From Bacteroidia bacterium (GTDB lineage Bacteria > Bacteroidota > Bacteroidia > Bacteroidales > Marinilabiliaceae), in NCBI GenBank assembly GCA_030526155.1, contig JAUNDI010000006.1, forward strand, positions 16,426 through 80,425: a stretch of 64,000 nt of DNA, in the 5' to 3' direction. The notes beneath the pieces are model-generated. The model saw only the letters and a program-made list of their open reading frames with translations, did not search any database and had not been told where the DNA came from. Both the position numbers and the translations under genes were made by a program. Below are positions 58,065 through 64,000 of this stretch, one piece after another (the stretch's first letter is position 1; each line of letters begins with the position of its first letter).

Positions 58065-58586
58065 GTGAAGAAGAGACATAATATATACATATGGGTAGTG
58101 CTTGTAGCTATTGTAATGAGCATAAGCTATGGGTGTACTATCTCTATTACTATGAGTGGAGCCTCTATTCCAGAGAATCTAAATACATTCTCTGTTCAGT
58201 ATATCACCAATAGGGCCCCATTGATTAATCCTGATTTAGCGCAACAACTCACAGAGGGGTTAAAGGACAGGATACAGAACGAGTCGCGCCTATCAATGGT
58301 AGTAGAGAACGGCGATGTAGACTTTTCGGGTAATATTACAGGTTACTCTACTCAGCCTATGGCTATGAAAGCAGATGCGGTATCGGCGGAGACACGCCTT
58401 AATGTTACGGTAAAGATACGTTGTAGAAACGCAAAAGACCCAAAGAAAGATTGGGAGCAGAGCTTTTCGGCCTATAAAGATTACAACTCAGAGATTAACC
58501 TCAATGATATTGAGTCGGAGTTGTGTGAAGAGATAGTAGAAGAGTTGACACAGAATATATTTAACAAGGCATTTGCGGATTGGTAA
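58065..58586 (+). CDS. lptE: LptE-family lipoprotein (LPS assembly)
   Basis: 173 aa with lipobox SYGC. It is in the conserved Bacteroidota position between the sigma-54 activator and secG, as I recall it. Confidence 0.65.
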   Translation: MKKRHNIYIWVVLVAIVMSISYGCTISITMSGASIPENLNTFSVQYITNRAPLINPDLAQQLTEGLKDRIQNESRLSMVVENGDVDFSGNITGYSTQPMAMKADAVSAETRLNVTVKIRCRNAKDPKKDWEQSFSAYKDYNSEINLNDIESELCEEIVEELTQNIFNKAFADW

Positions 58587-58588
58587 TT

Positions 58589-59416
58589 ATGACACAAGAA
58601 GAATTTTACAGTTCACTTGCGCAGCCAACGCGACTATCACTAAATGTGGTAGACAATTTAGAGCAAGAACTTGTTGAGTACCCATATTTTGAGGCAGGAT
58701 GGATGTTGATGCTTAAGGCCATGAATGACCTTGGCGTTACGAACTTTGATACTTCGCTACATAGAGGAGCCGTAAGTATATCGAATCGCAAAGCATTATT
58801 CAACCTTATTCATAGTAAAGTAGAGACGAGCGCAGTTGAGGTAGCGCCGGCAGAACCAGAGAAGGTAGAGGTAGTAGTTGCGAACAAAGAGAAGCCTACG
58901 GCCAAAACTATATCGTGGGAGATTGGTGATTATGAGTATAATATTGATACACGTTCTACCAGTTCTGTGGGGAATGCTCCATATTCTATAGATAATATTA
59001 CGAAGACCATTTCGGATGGTGACAACTGTGCATTTACAGATTGGCTAGACTATATGGATAAAAAGCCTTCGGTAGGAGCTGCGCAAGTTAAGACAGAGAC
59101 ACCTACGAAGAGTGATAGGCGCAAGAATACACGTTCGCGTAGTTTGGATTTGATAGAGTCGTTCCTTAATAGTGAGAATGCGGAAGTTATCACACCAAAA
59201 GCTACGCCGGTAAAGAGAGAAGTGGTAGAGAGTAAGTTGCGTGAGGAGCAACCAATGGGTGATAATGATGATATTTTGACTGAGACGTTGGCGAAAATAT
59301 ATATAAAACAGCAACAATATGACAAAGCAATTGATATATTTCGCAAATTAGGTTTGAAATATCCAGAAAAAAGCAGTTACTTTGCATCGCGTATTAATGA
59401 ACTAGAAAATAAATAA
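58589..59416 (+). CDS. Hypothetical protein with a C-terminal TPR-like helix pair
   Basis: 275 aa with the C-terminal sequence LAKIYIKQQQYDKAIDIFRKLGLKYPEKSSYF. I chose the ATG at 58589. Confidence 0.6.
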   Translation: MTQEEFYSSLAQPTRLSLNVVDNLEQELVEYPYFEAGWMLMLKAMNDLGVTNFDTSLHRGAVSISNRKALFNLIHSKVETSAVEVAPAEPEKVEVVVANKEKPTAKTISWEIGDYEYNIDTRSTSSVGNAPYSIDNITKTISDGDNCAFTDWLDYMDKKPSVGAAQVKTETPTKSDRRKNTRSRSLDLIESFLNSENAEVITPKATPVKREVVESKLREEQPMGDNDDILTETLAKIYIKQQQYDKAIDIFRKLGLKYPEKSSYFASRINELENK

Positions 59417-59434
59417 GTACATAAACATAAAGAC

Positions 59435-59773
59435 ATGTATACAGTAATAACATGGATAATAATGGTGATCTGTGTATTCTTGATCATCACAGTATTGATA
59501 CAGAATTCTAAGGGTGGTGGCCTTACACAGCAATTTGCTAGCCAGCAGAACCTTATTGGTGTACGTAAGTCAACAGATTTTCTTGAGAAGTCTACATGGA
59601 CACTTGCAGCAGCAGTAATGTTGTTCTCTTTTGTTGCGGTAGCGCTTATCCCATCACAGAATGCTACAAATAGCAATGCTGAGATTGATATGTTGTTGAA
59701 GAATCAACAGCAGCAGACTGCACCAGCGCCAACATTCCCTACACCAAATGTAACAGATTCGCTTGCTGATTAA
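59435..59773 (+). CDS. secG: Preprotein translocase subunit SecG
   Basis: 112 aa with two TM helices, the motif VLIQNSKGGG, and a Q/P-rich tail. Confidence 0.88.
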   Translation: MYTVITWIIMVICVFLIITVLIQNSKGGGLTQQFASQQNLIGVRKSTDFLEKSTWTLAAAVMLFSFVAVALIPSQNATNSNAEIDMLLKNQQQQTAPAPTFPTPNVTDSLAD

Positions 59774-59803
59774 TCTGCGAAGGGGATATCCAAGAAAGAC
59801 AAA

Positions 59804-59836
59804 AGGACTGAATCTAAGATTCGGTCCTTTTTATTT
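59804..59836. terminator. Bidirectional terminator between secG and the convergent yqaA-like gene
   Basis: AGGACTGAATC taa GATTCGGTCCT (one G-U pair) is flanked by AAAA and TTTTTATTTT. Confidence 0.7.
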
Positions 59837-60262
59837 TACCATTGTTGTGAGGTATATTACTACTGCGTATCTGACGCATTTGCCTATAAGGATGGTAACG
59901 TTTGAGATGATGGGGTTGCATCTTATGAGGCCTAGGCAGAGAGCTAGTATGTCGCCTATTAGTGGGACCCATACTAAGAAACCCATCCATGCGCCGTATT
60001 TGCGGGCGAATAAGATATACCGTTCGGTTTTAGATCTTTCTATTTTTAGCCATTTCTCTATTCTATCCCAATTTCCTGCGTAGCCCATATAATATGTCAC
60101 TACGCTACCTAGCCAATTGCCCATAGTAGCTATAATGAATACCATATAGGGGTTAAACGGCCCGATAATCATTGCCGCCACAATAGCCTCAGAAGAGAAC
60201 GGGAGTACTGTGGCGGCGAGGAAACTGGATATGAAGAGAGCGAAATATCCGAGCTCTCCCAT
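59831..60262 (-). CDS. YqaA/DedA-related small membrane protein
   Basis: 143 aa with 4 TM segments and the SSF..A.V.PF.SE motif typical of YqaA. Confidence 0.75.
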   Translation of the reverse strand: MGELGYFALFISSFLAATVLPFSSEAIVAAMIIGPFNPYMVFIIATMGNWLGSVVTYYMGYAGNWDRIEKWLKIERSKTERYILFARKYGAWMGFLVWVPLIGDILALCLGLIRCNPIISNVTILIGKCVRYAVVIYLTTMVK

Positions 60263-60263
60263 G

Positions 60264-61859
60264 TTACTTACGTCTGATAGACTCTAGAGTCTTAATGATG
60301 GTTGGGTCTGTACGATTCAGTATGGCATAGAAGGCGTCATTGCCTACTAGATCCCTTGCTATGTATGCTCGTACATCCTGTTCTATGATGCCTTTTTCTA
60401 GGGAGCTTATGCTTGATGGAGATTTGATGCCCTTGTTGGCTGCGTACTTTATGATTTCGGGCCAAAGATTTGTTTTCTCTAGTTTTGCTATTAGTGATTT
60501 AGAATCCATACCCTTGTACTCCTCGCGATGCTTGTTGGCATATTCCATTGAGTATGTATATAAGATAGTCTTAGCACGCAAGTTGTACAAGAAAGGCGAA
60601 GCTTTTGTAGTGTCGTGAGGGATGAAGATATCAGGGATGATACCGCCGCCACCGAATACAGTGCGACCCTTTTTTGTTGTGAACTTTTGAGAGAGGTCGA
60701 CCTTAGTACTATCGACATTAAATAGTTCGTTAGCGAAACGACGCCCCATCTCCTGGTAGTAGTCCTCGCGGCCATCAGAGTAAGACCTTTGGATGCATCT
60801 GCCACTTGGGGTGTGGTATCTAGAGATGGTAAGGCGGATAGCCGAGAGATCGGGTAGTTGCAATTGAGTTTGTACTAAACCCTTGCCGAAAGACCTTCTG
60901 CCGATGACTAGTCCGCGATCGTTATCCTGCATTGCGCCAGCGAAGATTTCGCTTGCTGAGGCAGAGAACTCGTCGATAAGAGTCACGACCTCCATATCTT
61001 GGCATACACCCTTACCGTCGGCACGCGCCTCCTGTCGGAGTTGGTGAGCACCTTCGGTATATACGATAAGATCGCCCGCATGGAGGAATTCATTACACAT
61101 ACGGATTACGACATCAAGAAGACCGCCCTGGTTAGAACGCAAGTCGACTATTAGTTTAGAGCAACCTTGTGTTTTGAGCTTTGCTATACCTTGGAGCATC
61201 TCCTCGTAGGTATTTTCTGCGAAGCGGTCTATTGAGATGTATCCTATGCTATCCTCGATAAGGTATGAAGCATTTACGCTATATTGAGGTATTAGTCCGC
61301 GAACGATATTGAAATCTATGTTGGTGTTATTGCGAGTTACGGTCAAGTTGACCTTAGTTCCGATATCTCCGCGAAGAGAGTCCATAACCATTTGGTTAGA
61401 TATCTTAGGGCCGACGAAATCGAGGCCATTAACCTTGATTATTTTATCGCCAGGGAGGACGCCAAGGTGAGAAGATGGTCCGCCATTCACCACAGATACG
61501 ATATTAACAGTATCTTGGATGATAGAGAACTGAACACCCACACCGCCGAAATTAGCCTTAAGTTCGATATTGACATCGTTGAGCATTTCGGCAGGTATAT
61601 ATGTAGTATGAGGGTCGAGGTCCTCTAATACGCGAGGTATTACCTTTTCTATTATGGAATCTGTAGAGATATTGTCTACGTAGTATAGGTCTATAGCATC
61701 TAGGATTTGCTGTAATTTGTTTGTTACGGATGGCATTTGCATTACTTGTACGCCATCGTAGCCGTCGGCATTTGATACAGGGACAGAGAGGCGTCCAAGA
61801 TATATACCGACCATGACTGAAATACCAAGAATAATAGGCGACCAAAGTTTTTTGTTCAT
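60264..61859 (-). CDS. S41-family C-terminal processing peptidase
   Basis: 531 aa with a PDZ region (GDKIIKVNG) and S41 catalytic context (SASASEIFAGA, GRRSFGKG). Confidence 0.9.
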   Translation of the reverse strand: MNKKLWSPIILGISVMVGIYLGRLSVPVSNADGYDGVQVMQMPSVTNKLQQILDAIDLYYVDNISTDSIIEKVIPRVLEDLDPHTTYIPAEMLNDVNIELKANFGGVGVQFSIIQDTVNIVSVVNGGPSSHLGVLPGDKIIKVNGLDFVGPKISNQMVMDSLRGDIGTKVNLTVTRNNTNIDFNIVRGLIPQYSVNASYLIEDSIGYISIDRFAENTYEEMLQGIAKLKTQGCSKLIVDLRSNQGGLLDVVIRMCNEFLHAGDLIVYTEGAHQLRQEARADGKGVCQDMEVVTLIDEFSASASEIFAGAMQDNDRGLVIGRRSFGKGLVQTQLQLPDLSAIRLTISRYHTPSGRCIQRSYSDGREDYYQEMGRRFANELFNVDSTKVDLSQKFTTKKGRTVFGGGGIIPDIFIPHDTTKASPFLYNLRAKTILYTYSMEYANKHREEYKGMDSKSLIAKLEKTNLWPEIIKYAANKGIKSPSSISSLEKGIIEQDVRAYIARDLVGNDAFYAILNRTDPTIIKTLESIRRK

Positions 61860-61870
61860 AGCCTTGTTCT

Positions 61871-62308
61871 TTACTTTATAATGATTTCTTCTTCTATGTG
61901 ATCTACTTGAATGCCGGCACGACGTAGGAGGTCGATACCATCTGTAATACGATATTCCTCGGAATATACGACGCGGCTTATGCCGGCTTGGATGATAAGT
62001 TTAGCGCACTCCACGCATGGGGAAGCTGTGACGTACATAGTGGCGCCATCGGAGCTATTGTTGCTTTTTGCGATTTTAGATATTGCGTTAGCCTCGGCGT
62101 GAAGAACGTAAGGTTTTGTTTTACCCTCCTCGTCCTCGCAAATATTTTCGAAGCCAGAAGGTGTGCCATTATAGCCATCAGAGATAATCATCTTATCTTT
62201 TACCATTAGGGCACCTACTTGTCTGCGTTGGCAATAGGAGTTTTGTGACCATATGCGCGCCATAGCGAGATACCTTTGGTCGAGTAATGTCTGCTTCGTT
62301 TTATCCAT
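61871..62308 (-). CDS. Deoxycytidylate (dCMP) deaminase
   Basis: 145 aa with HAEANAI and PCVECAK zinc motifs. Confidence 0.88.
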   Translation of the reverse strand: MDKTKQTLLDQRYLAMARIWSQNSYCQRRQVGALMVKDKMIISDGYNGTPSGFENICEDEEGKTKPYVLHAEANAISKIAKSNNSSDGATMYVTASPCVECAKLIIQAGISRVVYSEEYRITDGIDLLRRAGIQVDHIEEEIIIK

Positions 62309-62405
62309 AAACCATCTTTACGAGATATTGATAAGCAAAGTTGCTAATAATATGTGAGAGGTACAACAAAAAAGAGACACACATTATTGTGTATCTCTTT
62401 TTGTG

Positions 62406-62478
62406 TGGTGCCACCAGGAATCGAACCGGGGACACAAGGATTTTCAGTCCTTTGCTCTACCAACTGAGCTATGGCACC
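62406..62478 (-). tRNA. tRNA-Phe (anticodon GAA)
   Basis: The hand-folded cloverleaf has acceptor GGTGCCA/TGGCACC, anticodon stem-loop AAGGA CTGAAAA TCCTT, and T-arm CCCGG TTCGATT CCTGG. Confidence 0.9.
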
Positions 62479-62527
62479 AACTTTGTTTGTTTTGCTATCG
62501 GCGTTATTTCCTTCCCGATTGCGAGTG

Positions 62528-62535
62528 CAAAGGTA
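62528..62535 (-). promoter_or_regulatory. -7 promoter box TACCTTTG for tRNA-Phe
   Basis: Exact TAnnTTTG on the minus strand, 50 nt upstream of the tRNA 5' end. Confidence 0.55.
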
Positions 62536-62663
62536 TGTACTTTTTTTGAACCTGCAAACATTTTGGCAAATATTTTTCAAAAAAAATACACTAAAAGTGC
62601 TAATGTGCTGATACTCAATAAAACTTTTTTCGTGTTAGAAGTATTGGTTTGGGCGAGTTGTAG

Positions 62664-62810
62664 CTAGTGGATATAGATATTCTAGTTGTTCTAGTGGGGC
62701 TAGATATTCTAGAACTTACTAGGATGGATGGCGGGTGGTCTTTTGTTTATCGCAGTTTTTGTATTGTGTGGACTAATGGAGCTCCCTATTTGCTCGCAGT
62801 TTTTTTATTA
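62664..62810 (+). repeat. Full unit of the CTAG-array/box-A/box-B repeat family, forward orientation
   Basis: CTAG sites lie at 62664, (ATAG 62673), 62682, 62691, 62700, 62709 and 62719. A diverged box A is at 62734-62760 and box B at 62784-62806. Confidence 0.8.
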
Positions 62811-62867
62811 AGAGACGCGATTTGGGAGTGTTTGTTGGAGGGGAGAGGAGTGTATAGTATATGGGGA

Positions 62868-62910
62868 TAAAAAGAGCCTGTCCGCGGTATTTGGATACCA
62901 TGGACAGGCT
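62868..62910 (-). terminator. Intrinsic terminator after the DUF4954-like gene
   Basis: AGCCTGTCC pairs with GGACAGGCT as a perfect 9-bp stem, followed on the minus strand by CTTTTTAT. Confidence 0.7.
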
Positions 62911-62932
62911 ATGCGATAATGTTGTTGTTGAT

Positions 62933-64000
62933 TTATGAGAGAGCCTCGATGTATGTACGGATAACCTTGACGGCAGCCTCTGTGTCGGCATCGAGAGAAG
63001 GGTGGATGAAAGAGAAGTCGGCTTGACAATCCCCCTCATCGCCATCAAGGCCATATCCCACAGACATTCTACCATTGCTCTCCCTCTTGGCGTCGAACAG
63101 GAGAGTATCGAGTAGAGCCTCGAGTGTAGACTTGGCCTTAGCGATTTCGGCATTGATCTTTTGTGTGTCGGTAAGGTCGTCTATATTGAGGTATGTATGC
63201 ATCATAGAGACAATAGCCTTAACGATGTTGTGCTGTTTGGTTTGTTGGAGGAAGAAGAGCTCGTCTGTGATTTTATCGAGAGAAGAGTATTTACCATCGG
63301 CAATATTTTTCTCGACAGTATCTATCACCTTTTTATTGAACCAAGAGCCGCAAAGATCTATCCACTTCCAGTTTTGGCAGTCGCCCTCTACACCCACGAA
63401 ACCATTACACTCCTTACGCTTCATAGCGTAGCGCACCATAAGGAGAGCTTGAGCCATATTGCGGTAAGTCTCTATAGCAGGCTTAATCATTATTTTTTGG
63501 ATACGGCAACCCTCGTATGATACGACATCCCCCTTAGCCTTATTAAGGAGATCCTCGAGGATATTTGCGGCTTGGAATAACCTATTAATATATGTAGGTC
63601 TGTGGATAGAGAAATCTGGCACTATAGCGTCATTAGCAAGCTTATATCTTGTAGGCCATTTAGCCAAGTCTCTCCACATGCCGATACTCTTAAAACATTG
63701 AGCAGGGAAAATGAAAGAAGAGTCGTCCTTTTCCACGAGATACGAGAAAGGGAGCTTAGAAGTATCAGGATGGTTATAATGCTTACCCACCACCATAGTG
63801 AAATCGCCAATGTGAGCAGGTTGGAGGATGTAGCTACCAGAGCCAGACTTCACGCCGCGGCCATATATAGCTTGGTGGATAGGGCCAAGGCGATAGTTGT
63901 GGTTAGACGCATTAGTGTTGCTACCAGCATTATAGAAAGAGTATAGTCCGGCTATGAGCAGTGTAGACTTATGGTGGCTAACCGTCATAGGTCCGCAGAA
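62933..64000 (-). CDS. DUF4954-like protein, C-terminal part (5' end lies outside the window)
   Basis: The frame stays open to the window edge upstream of the first Met. My recollection of DUF4954 proteins (beta-helix N-terminal half plus helical C-terminal half) fits, but the family call is tentative. Confidence 0.6.
   Translation of the reverse strand, partial: FCGPMTVSHHKSTLLIAGLYSFYNAGSNTNASNHNYRLGPIHQAIYGRGVKSGSGSYILQPAHIGDFTMVVGKHYNHPDTSKLPFSYLVEKDDSSFIFPAQCFKSIGMWRDLAKWPTRYKLANDAIVPDFSIHRPTYINRLFQAANILEDLLNKAKGDVVSYEGCRIQKIMIKPAIETYRNMAQALLMVRYAMKRKECNGFVGVEGDCQNWKWIDLCGSWFNKKVIDTVEKNIADGKYSSLDKITDELFFLQQTKQHNIVKAIVSMMHTYLNIDDLTDTQKINAEIAKAKSTLEALLDTLLFDAKRESNGRMSVGYGLDGDEGDCQADFSFIHPSLDADTEAAVKVIRTYIEALS

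Noticed and set aside
59763-60083. 106-aa + strand ORF downstream of secG.
   Set aside because: It overlaps the well-supported YqaA-like membrane protein gene on the opposite strand and starts inside the secG terminator region. It has no recognisable motifs.
62471-62490. TGGCAC-N5-TTGT on the + strand, resembling a sigma-54 -24/-12 promoter.
   Set aside because: It is the complement of the 5' end of tRNA-Phe and its flank, and the -12 element is imperfect. I judge the match coincidental.
62664-62722. Phased short repeats that could be mistaken for a CRISPR array.
   Set aside because: The period is 9-10 nt with a 4-nt conserved core, far shorter than CRISPR repeats and spacers. There are no cas genes in the window.

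Overview
This window looks like core chromosome of a Bacteroidota, probably order Bacteroidales. That assignment is inferred from the porP-porK-porL-porM-porN type IX secretion operon, the frdCAB quinol:fumarate reductase operon, long-form IspG, many exact TAnnTTTG -7 promoter boxes, and a sigma-54 activator/LptE/SecG cluster. Coding density is high. I call 54 protein genes, most of them housekeeping: purH (partial), mreB, tyrS, ispG, frdCAB, asd, uxuAB, a Ca-ATPase, trpFBA, rimP-nusA-infB, rpsT, metG, galE, ribE, the T9SS core, topA, hflX, rpmF, secG and others. I also call 3 tRNAs (Glu-TTC, Asn-GTT, Phe-GAA), one likely decayed amidohydrolase remnant, and many hairpin terminators. I found no CRISPR array, no transposase or integrase, no prophage and no recognisable defence island, and I cannot support a claim of a novel multi-gene system. 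The most unusual feature is non-coding. It is a modular intergenic repeat family present at 6 or more loci in the 64 kb. Each full unit has 4-7 CTAG tetranucleotides phased at 9 (then 10) nt, a G/T-rich spacer, and two conserved T-run-terminated boxes (GGTGCCTTGTTGCTCGCAGTTTTT and TTTGCTCGCAGTTTTTT). Copies occur as tandem units, solo boxes and one perfect inverted hairpin. Secondary leads are a two-gene secreted protease plus lipocalin-like lipoprotein cassette flanked by such a repeat, a candidate T9SS cargo protein, a terminator-like hairpin in the rimP-nusA-infB leader, and a possibly leaderless ispG. All functional calls rest on my recognition of protein motifs in the supplied translations. 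No database search was run.
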